Shown: positions 14,308-22,689 of the stretch, piece after piece
Position numbering within the stretch: the first letter of the stretch is position 1
How the letters are laid out: each line of letters opens with the position of its first letter
NCBI GenBank assembly: GCA_037440825.1
Contig: JBBITJ010000001.1
Span: 39,828-63,676, forward strand
Source: Candidatus Micrarchaeota archaeon
Lineage (GTDB): Archaea; Micrarchaeota; Micrarchaeia; Anstonellales; Bilamarchaeaceae
Direction: 5' to 3'
Length of the DNA stretch: 23,849 bases
Position numbers and translations under genes: made by a program
Notes under the pieces: model-generated
What the model saw: the letters and a program-made list of their open reading frames with translations, nothing else
What the model was told of the DNA's origin: nothing
The model's database searches: none

Positions 14308-16203
14308 CTAGACGATCAGGCGGTCGCTCACGAGCTTCCCGAATGAAATGGGTTCGAAGGGCTTTGCCGCGGACTTCGCCTCGATCTCTGAAAGCACCTG
14401 CTCGAAAGCAAGTTCCTTCTTCTCTCCGGTCTCGCGCACCGTGACGGATAATTTGCCGCTCTCCATTTCCTTGTCGCCTATCACTGCGACGTAGGGGCAC
14501 CATTCCACTTCCCCTCTGCGTATCTTCTTTCCCAGCGTGTCGCCTGTGTCGTCCACGTCTATGCGCACCCGCCTTCCCTCTGCCTTCTTCTGCAGCTCCT
14601 TCGCGTACGCGAGGTGCTTCTCGCCTATGGGAATGAGGCGGAGCTGGGTGGGCGCGAGCCAGAGCGGGAATGCGCCTTTCTTGCCTTCCTTTATCCTCAT
14701 CGCCTCCTTTTCCAGAAGGGCGTAAACAACGCGCTCCAGGCTTCCGCTCAGGGACGCGTGGAGGATGTATGGGCGCTGCTTCTGCCCTTTCTCGTCAACG
14801 TAGTTTATGTCATAGGTATCTGCATTCTCCACGTCTATCTGCACAGTTCCGAGCGTGCTCGCCTTGTCCATCGCGTCTATGAAGTTGAACTCGAATTTCG
14901 TGATGAAGTAGGCGTAGCGCTCCTGGAACAATTCTATGAAGATCGGCTTGCCGATTTTCTTCACGAGCGAGACGTACCAGTCCTTGTTCTCGTTGAAGAA
15001 GTCCGCCTGCGCCCTGAACGCCACTTCTATCTGGTCGAAGCCCAGGTCTTTGTTCCATTCCAGCCCCTTGCCGAGCTGGCTGGCGAATTCCGTGCGCGCC
15101 TGCTCCATGCTTGCCACCATTGTGTGCATGTCCGGCATTGTGAATGCCCTGAGGCGCTTCAACCCTGCGAGCTCTCCGCCCTGCTCCCTCCTGAAAGAAT
15201 AGCGCGTGAGCTCGTATATCTTCATCGGAAGCTGCTTGTAGCTCAACGTGGAATCGTGGGAGATGAGGAACTGGCCGAAGCACGCGGCGAACCTCAGGAA
15301 GAACTTCTTCTCGTCCGAGATCACTACGTACTGCCTCGCAGGGAACCTGTTCAGGTACTTCTTGAGCGTGGGATGCTCTAAATCGTACATTATCGGAGTC
15401 TCGACCTCGTGTGCCCCGTAATTGATGCAGAAATCCGAGACTGCGCGCTCCAGTATCTTCTTCATCAGCCGTCCCTTGGGGTGCCACCTGAAGTTCCCTG
15501 AATCGCTTCCTGGCTCGTAGCCCACGAGCCCGTGCTCCATCATGAGCTTTATGTGCGGAGGCTCGACCTCGTACGAGCGCACCTTCTTCGTCTCGTAGAT
15601 GACCATCTTCTTGAGCCACGGGTATTTCGAGTAGTCGAATTTCTCGACGTCGTGCAGGTTTCCGTCCAGGTCCAGTATCTGGAACCTGCTCTTCATTTTT
15701 TCCTCGCTCTTAAGCGAAGCCGAGACCACTTCCTCCACTTTCGCCGGCTGCGGGGAGATGGGCGCCCCTTTCGCTTCTGATTCCAGCGCCGTTTTCAGCT
15801 CCCTGGAAAGCTCGCTCAGGGGGTGGCCCTTGCACTTGAGCGTATAGCCCTTGTACCAGCCGAAGGGCGAATGGTCGACGTTGTAGCCCATGGATTTGAG
15901 CTTCGCCTCGGTTTCGCGCACCACTTCGAGCGCCACTGCAGGGGAAGATGGCTTGGATGTGAGGTGCACCAGAGGATAAACCAGGACGTTCTGCGGCTTG
16001 ACCTGCTTCGCGACCTTGTCTATCTCCTCCGCGGCCTTTTTCGCGATCGCGTTGACGTCTTCGTCGCCCTGCTCCACGGATGTGAAGACTACGAGCACTT
16101 CCTCGTAGCGCTTCTTCTCCGGCTTGACCTCTTCCGCGGACTTGATCGCCTTCTGCTTCGGCTCCACTTCTATGTAGTCTGCGTGTATCGTCATTATTCG
16201 CAT
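14308..16203 (-). CDS. thrS: Threonine--tRNA ligase, archaeal type with N-terminal editing domain
   Basis: MRIMTIHADY, YP.VHL, PFGWYK...CKGHPLSELSR editing domain; LRFAACFGQF, FRREQ.GEL.GL.RLRAFTMPDMH, SG.SLER-type motif 3 region, PLWLAPTQ.R anticodon domain; SD GGTGA. Confidence 0.97.
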   Translation of the reverse strand: MRIMTIHADYIEVEPKQKAIKSAEEVKPEKKRYEEVLVVFTSVEQGDEDVNAIAKKAAEEIDKVAKQVKPQNVLVYPLVHLTSKPSSPAVALEVVRETEAKLKSMGYNVDHSPFGWYKGYTLKCKGHPLSELSRELKTALESEAKGAPISPQPAKVEEVVSASLKSEEKMKSRFQILDLDGNLHDVEKFDYSKYPWLKKMVIYETKKVRSYEVEPPHIKLMMEHGLVGYEPGSDSGNFRWHPKGRLMKKILERAVSDFCINYGAHEVETPIMYDLEHPTLKKYLNRFPARQYVVISDEKKFFLRFAACFGQFLISHDSTLSYKQLPMKIYELTRYSFRREQGGELAGLKRLRAFTMPDMHTMVASMEQARTEFASQLGKGLEWNKDLGFDQIEVAFRAQADFFNENKDWYVSLVKKIGKPIFIELFQERYAYFITKFEFNFIDAMDKASTLGTVQIDVENADTYDINYVDEKGQKQRPYILHASLSGSLERVVYALLEKEAMRIKEGKKGAFPLWLAPTQLRLIPIGEKHLAYAKELQKKAEGRRVRIDVDDTGDTLGKKIRRGEVEWCPYVAVIGDKEMESGKLSVTVRETGEKKELAFEQVLSEIEAKSAAKPFEPISFGKLVSDRLIV

Positions 16204-16302
16204 GTTTTCACCCTGGATGTTTTTTGCGGATTTTTTGAAAAGAACAGATATTCTTTTTTTCCGGATCGGGCGCGACCCGCCAAGCCGCGGCCGAAAGTAG
16301 AA
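16204..16302 (-). promoter_or_regulatory. Candidate attenuator region between the Thr leader and thrS
   Basis: GC hairpin CGGGTCG-CGCC-CGATCCG (16279-16262), and AU hairpin AAAAGAAT-ATCT-GTTCTTTT (16257-16238) containing a U-rich tract. Confidence 0.5.
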
Positions 16303-16359
16303 CTAGCAGGTGGTGGTCGTAGTGCCTCCGGTTGCGACTATTACGACGCTGGGATCCAT
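16303..16359 (-). CDS. Thr-rich leader peptide MDPSVVIVATGGTTTTTC (candidate threonine attenuator)
   Basis: 18 codons with 6 Thr, five consecutive (ACT ACG ACC ACC ACC). The stop is 99 nt upstream of thrS and the ATG is 29 nt from a TATA-like box. Confidence 0.85.
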   Translation of the reverse strand: MDPSVVIVATGGTTTTTC

Positions 16360-16380
16360 GGGTTAGCTATGGGAAATAAC

Positions 16381-16389
16381 ATTTTTAAT
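16381..16389. promoter_or_regulatory. AT-rich TATA-like element, probably shared by the divergent Thr leader/thrS and endonuclease IV genes
   Basis: ATTTTTAAT lies about 26-29 nt from both ATG 16359 (minus) and ATG 16410 (plus). Confidence 0.5.
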
Positions 16390-16409
16390 GCAAATGGAGA
16401 AGCCCACCT

Positions 16410-17243
16410 ATGATCCGTTTCGGGCCTGCAGGCATTCCCATCCAATGCGAAGGAAGCAGCACTGTTGAGGGACTAGAGTGCTGCAAAAGGCTCGGTCTGG
16501 GCGCGATGGAAATGGAGTTCGTGCGCGGAGTGAATATGAAGGACGACTCCGCGAAGGAAGCGGGCAAGAAGGCGAAGGAGCTGGGCATTTCGATTTCCTC
16601 GCATGCGCCGTATTACGTGAATTTGTGCACCGGAGATAGAGTAAAGGCGGAAAACAGCAAAAGGCACATTTTCCTCGCCGCGAAAGCCACGTTTCTCGCC
16701 AACGGCAAAATCACGGTTCTCCATCCTGGGTTTTATCAGAAATTGGCGAAAGAAGAGGCGTTCCAGGCTGCTAAAAAACGGCTTATTGAACTGAAGGAAA
16801 AAATAGACGAAGCGAAAATTAAGTGCATCCTCGGAATGGAGACCGTGGGGAAGAAAAGCGCATTCGGAGGGTTTGAAGAAAATGTAAGGATGGCGCAGGA
16901 ACTCGATTTCGTCAAGCCGGTATTGGATTTCGCGCACCTACACGCGAGAAGGGATTTCCTCATCAAGGGCGAGGACGATTACATTAGGATATTTTCAATT
17001 CTGGACAGGGAGCTTCCCGGGTATACGAAGGATATCCAGTGCCATTTCTCCGAGATAAACTATAGTGAAAAGGGGGAGCTGAACCATCTCGTGCTCGGAA
17101 GCAACAGCGAGCCGCCCTACAAACCGCTCATGAAGGTGCTGGCTGAAAACGGGATTGGCGGCACAATTATTTGCGAAACGCCGAAGCTGGATTTGGATGC
17201 GTTAGTTATGCAGAAGGAGTATGAAAAGCGGCTCAAAGCCTAG
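16410..17243 (+). CDS. Endonuclease IV-family TIM-barrel protein (AP endonuclease 2)
   Basis: FGPAG.P, E.EFVRG, HAPYYVNL, VLHPGFY, ETVGK, DFAHLHAR, HFSEI...GE..H, ICETP. Confidence 0.88.
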   Translation: MIRFGPAGIPIQCEGSSTVEGLECCKRLGLGAMEMEFVRGVNMKDDSAKEAGKKAKELGISISSHAPYYVNLCTGDRVKAENSKRHIFLAAKATFLANGKITVLHPGFYQKLAKEEAFQAAKKRLIELKEKIDEAKIKCILGMETVGKKSAFGGFEENVRMAQELDFVKPVLDFAHLHARRDFLIKGEDDYIRIFSILDRELPGYTKDIQCHFSEINYSEKGELNHLVLGSNSEPPYKPLMKVLAENGIGGTIICETPKLDLDALVMQKEYEKRLKA

Positions 17244-17384
17244 AAAATACGCTCAAACCCAGCTGTTTTTGCAATTCTACTGCGCTGGAATGGCGCCATC
17301 CTTTTTGCGAGCCAAGGCTATCAGGAACGATGTGTCCAGCATGCTTATGGAAATAAAACAAAATTCTGACAGGAGATGAAAAAA

Positions 17385-17570
17385 TCAGGCTGATTTGAAT
17401 TTCTTTCTCTTCTTCATGTCGGACCAGCAGTCCTTGCAGATGAAGAGCTTCACGGTCTTGCTCGCCCTTTTCGAGCTCTTCTTGCACGACTCGCAGATGA
17501 GCCGCTCGCAGTAGTTGCACCTATCCGCCTTCGCAACCTGTTTCTTGCACCTTTCGCACGTCTGAAGCAT
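17385..17570 (-). CDS. Small basic zinc-finger protein (4 CxxC)
   Basis: 61 aa with CERC, CNYC, CESC and CKDC; Lys/Arg-rich; SD GAGGTG before ATG 17570. Confidence 0.75.
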   Translation of the reverse strand: MLQTCERCKKQVAKADRCNYCERLICESCKKSSKRASKTVKLFICKDCWSDMKKRKKFKSA

Positions 17571-17635
17571 TATAAGCACCTCTAAGTGTTTGATTTAAGG
17601 AATATAGGATGGTCGAAACGGTTTTTAATCCTAAC

Positions 17636-18226
17636 TTATCCCGCCGGAACGTTTATTCCCGGCGTAAATGCCTCGGGTCCAACGAGCGCAACCAGCACAG
17701 CTGCAACCACGAACGCCAATGCGAATACAGCCAGGAATGGAATCACGACCACTGCGACCGCCGCCCGGAAAAGCGAGAGCCCGTGCACCTTCTTCGCTCC
17801 GAGCACTATGTTGTAGAGCGAAATGAGGGAGAAAATCCATCCCACGAAAGGAACGGAGCCGAACAGCATGTTCGGAGTTGCGCCGTATATAAGCATCTGC
17901 ACAGAAGCCAGGAAATCAGCCTTGCCGCCGAGGAATTTCAGGACGAGGTGCTGGAACGCGAAGAAAAGGTAGAGGATTGGTACGAGGAACGGCAATGCGA
18001 TCAGAGCGCCTATGGCGGTTCCTGCAAGTCCGCCTGCCTGCTGGACGTCCTGCGTGTTGAACGCGATCTTGAGCGGAAGCGATATTGCCATCCCGATAAC
18101 GATGGAAATAAGGAAGTATATGAATGCGTCAGCATGGGTTTTGCCCTTCATCAGCTTCTCGAGCCTTTCCGCAGGAACGAGCAGCGCGTTCTCCTTTATC
18201 CTTGCCAGAACAGACATGATTTCCAT
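17636..18226 (-). CDS. Yip1-family multi-pass membrane protein
   Basis: Several hydrophobic helices; HL..KFLGGK, YGATP, P..G.I..L, G.KKVH.LS..RA patterns typical of prokaryotic Yip1 domains. Confidence 0.75.
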   Translation of the reverse strand: MEIMSVLARIKENALLVPAERLEKLMKGKTHADAFIYFLISIVIGMAISLPLKIAFNTQDVQQAGGLAGTAIGALIALPFLVPILYLFFAFQHLVLKFLGGKADFLASVQMLIYGATPNMLFGSVPFVGWIFSLISLYNIVLGAKKVHGLSLFRAAVAVVVIPFLAVFALAFVVAAVLVALVGPEAFTPGINVPAG

Positions 18227-18234
18227 AGAACCAC

Positions 18235-21081
18235 CTAATCCTTGCTCGCCTTCACTCTTACCTGCCTTCCATCCACTTCGAACAGTTTTGAATCCTCGTC
18301 TTTCAGCGCGCCGTACGATATCGATTTGGCGTTGGTCTCCCTTGAAAGCGCCTCCTCGTATTTCTTCACAATCGCCTCAATCTCCTTCTCCGCATCCACA
18401 ATCAGGGTGATTTTGTCCTTCTCCACGAGCGCGAGCTCCTTCCTCGCCTGCTGCACCCTCCTCTTCACTTCGTTGTACACGCCTTCCTCGTAGAGCTCCT
18501 CGTCCAGCTTCTTGGAAACGAACACCTTGCCGCCCTCGAACTCCTCGGATTCGTATTCGCCTTCCATGTCCCGCTCCACCACAATCACTTCCTTGGCGTT
18601 GAGCAGGCGCTTCAGTATGCCGGAAAGCTCTTCCACCGCGTCCTTCACTTCGTCCGAAGGCGCCTTGACGAAGATTTCGCGCACAGGCCAGCGCAGCTTT
18701 ATTCCAGTGCGCTGCCTCGCCTCCAATGCATGTGAAATGATGTCCGAGGCCAGCGCCATCCGCTTCTCGAGCGCCGTGTTTATCATCCCTTCGAGGAACG
18801 GCGGCATCTCGAGCAGGGACACGCTTTCCGCCTGCTCGTGCTTCCTGAAGAACTTCTGGTAGATGTGCTCGCTTATGAATGGCGAGATTACCGCGAACAT
18901 CCTGAGGCACGCGAACACTGATGTATATATGGCGAGCAGCGCCCCTTCTGCATTTTCGCCCTTACTCAGCCTGTCCTTCGCTATTTTCATGTAGAACCTG
19001 CTAAGGTCCTCCACCAGGAACCTTCGCAGCGCCTTTATCCCAACGTTGGGCTCGTACGCCTCGAACGCCCTGTGGAATTCCTTCAGGGTGCTGTGCAGCC
19101 TGGAAAGGAGCCACTTGTCCTCCACGTAAAGGACCGCCTTGTCTATCCTGGCATTTGGGTAAAAGCGGTCTAGGAATATGTGCATGTTGAACAAGATGTC
19201 AAGGTCGCTGTGCGCCTCCTTGAGCTCGTTCCAGTTGAACTTGAGCTCCTCCCAAATAGTGTTGCTCATGCCCCAGAGCCTGAAGCTGTCAGCCCCATAT
19301 TTGGCGAGTATCTCCTCTATCGGGACGAAGTTCCCGACGCTCTTGCTCATCTTCTCCCCTTTTTCATCGACGAAGAAGCCGTGCATCATGAGCCGCTTGT
19401 ACGGTATCTTGTCGTAGCGAAGCAGCCCTGAGCCGAGAAGAGAATAAAACCAGCCCCTTATCTGGTCCTGGCCTTCGAGTATGAAATCAGCGCGCTCCCC
19501 GAACTTCTTCGCTTCCTTCGCATCCATGCTCGCCCAGACCGCGTTGCCGGAGTCGAACCACACGTCCAGCACGTCCTTCACCCGCTTCATCTGCGAGCCG
19601 CACTTGCACTCGAACGTGATCTCGTCTATGTAGGGGCGGTGGAGCTCCTTCACCCCTTTTCCTTTTTCCGGAAGCTCGGCTTTGGAGCCGACCACTTTCG
19701 TTTCCCCGCACTTACCGCATTTCCATATTGGAAGCGGGATGCCCCAGTAGCGCTGCCTGCTTATGCACCAGTCCGGCGCCTGGGTTACGAATTCCTTGAA
19801 CCGGTCTTTGGCGAATTCAGGGTGCCATTCCACACTTTCTATTTCGGAAAGCATCTTGTCCTTGAGCTTGGAGATTGTTATGAACCACTGGTTAGTGGCG
19901 CGGAATATGAGGGGCGTCTTGCACCTCCAGCAGTGCGGGTAGCGGTGCTTTATTCTCTGCTCGTGCACCAGCACCCCCTTATCTTTCAGCATGGATATGA
20001 TTTCGCGGTTCGCCTCGCGCACGTTCTTTCCTGCATATTTGCCGGCTTCGGAAGTGTATATGCCGGCTTCGTCCACCGGGCTGAAGACCTCGAGCCCGAA
20101 TTTCCTGCCGATTATGAAGTCCTCCTGCCCGTGGCCCGGCGCGCAGTGCACAAGCCCGCTCCCGTCCTCCAGTGAAACGTACTCGTCGCTGAGTATCACT
20201 TTCCTCTGCGCGTCCTTCCTTATCAGGTCCTGGAAGGGATGCAGGTATTGCAGCCCTTCGAGCTTCTTCCCTGAAAGCTCCTCCAGGATCGCGGCGCTCT
20301 TGTCAACGTAGCTGAGCACGTGGTCGAGCCGCTCCTTCGCGACTATCCACGTCTCGCCGTCCACCTTCGCGCGCACGTAGGCGAATTTGGGGTTCACCAT
20401 CACGCCCATGTTCGCGACGAGCGTCCAGGGCGTCGTGGTCCATATTATCAGGTATTCCTGCTCCCTGTCCTTCACAGGGAACTTCACGTATATGCTCGGA
20501 TCCGTCTCCTCGCCGTACTCGAGCTCGTAATTGGCCATCGTGGTCTCGCACCTGTGGCAGTACGGAAGCACGTACACTCCTTCGTGCATGAGCCCCTTTT
20601 CATGGGCCATCTGTATGGTCTTCCAGCTCGATTCTATGTAATCGTCGTGGTAGGTGATGTATGGGGAATCCCATTCCATCCACACGCCCATTTCCTTGAA
20701 CTGCCCGCTCATTACGCCGATGTACTTGTCAGCGAACGCCTTGCACTTATCCACGAATTTCCCTATGCCGCGCTCCTCGATCTCCTTTTTCTTCTTTATG
20801 CCGAGCTCCTGCTCAACCTTCACTTCTATCGGGAGCCCGTGCGTATCGAAGCCCGGCTGGGCGCGCACGTTGTACCCGCGCATCCTCCAGTACCTGCATA
20901 TCGCGTCCTTGAGTGTCTTGTTCCACGCGGTTCCGGGATGTATGTGCCCTGTCGCGTAGGGCGGGCCGTCGCAGAAGTAGTAGGGATCGGACTTCGCGTT
21001 CTTCTCCTTCGCCTTCTCGTATATCTTCTCCCTCTCCAGGAATTCCGCCATCTCGCTTTCTATTTTCTTGTGATCGTACAT
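18235..21081 (-). CDS. ileS: Isoleucine--tRNA ligase
   Basis: DGPPYATG.IHPGT (HIGH variant), GFDTHGLPIE, WTTTPWTL, G.G.VH.APGHG, DWCISRQRYWG, DVWFDSG, EGQDQ.RGWF, KMSKS. Confidence 0.97.
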   Translation of the reverse strand: MYDHKKIESEMAEFLEREKIYEKAKEKNAKSDPYYFCDGPPYATGHIHPGTAWNKTLKDAICRYWRMRGYNVRAQPGFDTHGLPIEVKVEQELGIKKKKEIEERGIGKFVDKCKAFADKYIGVMSGQFKEMGVWMEWDSPYITYHDDYIESSWKTIQMAHEKGLMHEGVYVLPYCHRCETTMANYELEYGEETDPSIYVKFPVKDREQEYLIIWTTTPWTLVANMGVMVNPKFAYVRAKVDGETWIVAKERLDHVLSYVDKSAAILEELSGKKLEGLQYLHPFQDLIRKDAQRKVILSDEYVSLEDGSGLVHCAPGHGQEDFIIGRKFGLEVFSPVDEAGIYTSEAGKYAGKNVREANREIISMLKDKGVLVHEQRIKHRYPHCWRCKTPLIFRATNQWFITISKLKDKMLSEIESVEWHPEFAKDRFKEFVTQAPDWCISRQRYWGIPLPIWKCGKCGETKVVGSKAELPEKGKGVKELHRPYIDEITFECKCGSQMKRVKDVLDVWFDSGNAVWASMDAKEAKKFGERADFILEGQDQIRGWFYSLLGSGLLRYDKIPYKRLMMHGFFVDEKGEKMSKSVGNFVPIEEILAKYGADSFRLWGMSNTIWEELKFNWNELKEAHSDLDILFNMHIFLDRFYPNARIDKAVLYVEDKWLLSRLHSTLKEFHRAFEAYEPNVGIKALRRFLVEDLSRFYMKIAKDRLSKGENAEGALLAIYTSVFACLRMFAVISPFISEHIYQKFFRKHEQAESVSLLEMPPFLEGMINTALEKRMALASDIISHALEARQRTGIKLRWPVREIFVKAPSDEVKDAVEELSGILKRLLNAKEVIVVERDMEGEYESEEFEGGKVFVSKKLDEELYEEGVYNEVKRRVQQARKELALVEKDKITLIVDAEKEIEAIVKKYEEALSRETNAKSISYGALKDEDSKLFEVDGRQVRVKASKD

Positions 21082-21100
21082 GCGATTTACCTTTTATCGA

Positions 21101-21400
21101 TTATTTCCGCATCCGCTTCCTCGCTTCGAGCAGCACGAACGGCAGTATCATAAACAGCAACGCTGCTGCGAAGAGCTGGCTTATGAACAATGGATCCTCT
21201 CCGAAATACGCGGCGAAGGCGAATGCCAGGAATGCGGCGCCCACCGCATACCTCTTGCGCTCTACCTTCTCCACGAATGCGATTGAAACGAGGGAAAGCG
21301 AGAACAGAAACACGGACTTGGCTCCGAGCCCTAGGAACGCAAGCGCGAATGCGAGCGCGAACGACCAGAAGAGCACGTAGATGAGGTCTTTCCGTTCCAT
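21101..21400 (-). CDS. Hypothetical small membrane protein (about 4 TM)
   Basis: 99-aa highly hydrophobic ORF tightly packed between the KaiC-like ATPase gene and ileS. Confidence 0.7.
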   Translation of the reverse strand: MERKDLIYVLFWSFALAFALAFLGLGAKSVFLFSLSLVSIAFVEKVERKRYAVGAAFLAFAFAAYFGEDPLFISQLFAAALLFMILPFVLLEARKRMRK

Positions 21401-21409
21401 GATGATGCC

Positions 21410-22096
21410 TCAGTAAACCCTCTCTCCCACGTAGACCTTTATCCCTTCAGCAGTTACCTTGAAAGGCACGAGCTCGCGGGAATGGTCGGTGCCGCGCATC
21501 TTGAATATCTCCAGCGCGCGCACCCTTCTGTCCCCTTGCTCCAGGTTGTAGAGGTTGATTATGCCGTCCATAACGAAGTGCTCTATGTCGAACACGAGCT
21601 CCTCCTTGCGCACCTTGTTCGTCTCCACGGTCATCATCACCGTGCAGTCCAGGTTCCTCAGCAGGGAGAAGAACTCTAAAAGAGTCTGGCGGTAGTCCAG
21701 CTCGTTGTTGAACGACATCTTTATCGTGGTCGCGGAATCTATCACGACGCGCTTCACGCTGTTGGCTGAAATCTGCTCTTCCAGCAGCTCCGCAGTCGCC
21801 TCGAGCTCCAGCTTGTCCGGCTTCACTATCTGGAGCTTCTTGTCCTTCATGAGCTGGTCTATGTCAGCGAACTTGACGAACGTGGATGCCATGTTTTCCT
21901 TCATCTCGCTTTCCGACTCCTCGAGGGTGATGAAGAGGCCGTTCTCGCCCTGGTGCGCGCCCCTGTACAGGAACTCGAAGCCGAACGAGGACTTGCCGCA
22001 CCCGGGCCCGCCGGATATTGCGACATGCTTGTTTTTCGGCATGCCGCCCATGAGCATTTCGTCAAGGCCGCTGATGCCGGTTTTAAGGCGTTGCAT
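21410..22096 (-). CDS. Single-domain KaiC-like (RAD55-family) ATPase
   Basis: TGISGLDEML.GG.P, Walker A GGPGCGKS, ITLEE, RVVIDS, DGII.L, R.LEI.KMRGTDH. Confidence 0.9.
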   Translation of the reverse strand: MQRLKTGISGLDEMLMGGMPKNKHVAISGGPGCGKSSFGFEFLYRGAHQGENGLFITLEESESEMKENMASTFVKFADIDQLMKDKKLQIVKPDKLELEATAELLEEQISANSVKRVVIDSATTIKMSFNNELDYRQTLLEFFSLLRNLDCTVMMTVETNKVRKEELVFDIEHFVMDGIINLYNLEQGDRRVRALEIFKMRGTDHSRELVPFKVTAEGIKVYVGERVY

Positions 22097-22286
22097 AATA
22101 TCACAAATAAGCCATCTACGTTCGTAAAAAATCTATATAAATGTGCGTTCCTTCTGGCGAATGGGAAGAAGATTTAAAGATGTGTTTAATTATATACGAA
22201 TCAGGCGATATCCATGACACATGCGGTTGCAAAATCAGGCATGAACCCATAGCCTGATATTTAAACCGTGGCTTCCCATCTTATGC

Positions 22287-22607
22287 ATGGCGGTTTCAAA
22301 GAAGGAGGTGCTGAAAGCGCTTTCTGAAATCATAGACCCCGAGCTGGGCATAAACCTCGTGGACCTGGGGCTCATTTATGAAGTGAAAGTGGAGGAGCCC
22401 AAGCCAAAGGAAGGTTCGCACGTGGAAGTGAGGATGACGCTCACATCCATCGGCTGTCCGCTCGCAGGCTTCTTCGCGATGCAGGTAGAGGAGAAGATGA
22501 AAGCGATAAAGGGCGTGAAGGACGTGCACGTGCACGTCATCTGGGAGCCGCCTTGGACTCCGGACAGGATGTCGAAAAAAGCGAAGGCGCAGCTGGGAAT
22601 GAAGTAG
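22287..22607 (+). CDS. Metal-sulfur cluster assembly factor (SufT/DUF59/MIP18 family)
   Basis: DPELG.N.VDLGLIY, MTLT..GCP, V..IWEPPW.PDRMS; TATA TTTAAA about 26 nt upstream. Confidence 0.92.
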   Translation: MAVSKKEVLKALSEIIDPELGINLVDLGLIYEVKVEEPKPKEGSHVEVRMTLTSIGCPLAGFFAMQVEEKMKAIKGVKDVHVHVIWEPPWTPDRMSKKAKAQLGMK

Positions 22608-22654
22608 ATTCCCAACGGAATTTTTCTTTCATCAATTATTATAAATTTAGGGGC

Positions 22655-22675
22655 GGAACCCGAAACTGGAAACTT
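22655..22675 (+). repeat. 7-bp tandem array (3 units) between the TATA box and SD of metK
   Basis: GGAACCC GAAACTG GAAACTT; TATA TTATAAAT at 22639-22646. Confidence 0.55.
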
Positions 22676-22689
22676 TTTGCGGTGGGGAC

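Noticed and set aside
20920..20975. IleRS HIGH motif reads HPGT
   Set aside because: HxGT variants are common in archaeal IleRS, and KMSKS and the other motifs are intact.
22101..22115. 4-codon uORF MAYL* upstream of the KaiC-like gene
   Set aside because: It is too short and compositionally uninformative, and its stop is part of the GTGAT SD.
22608..22689. SAM riboswitch or Met leader before metK; Ile leader before ileS
   Set aside because: The metK leader is only about 20-40 nt, with no ATG or riboswitch core. ileS lies 19 nt from its upstream gene, leaving no room for a leader.
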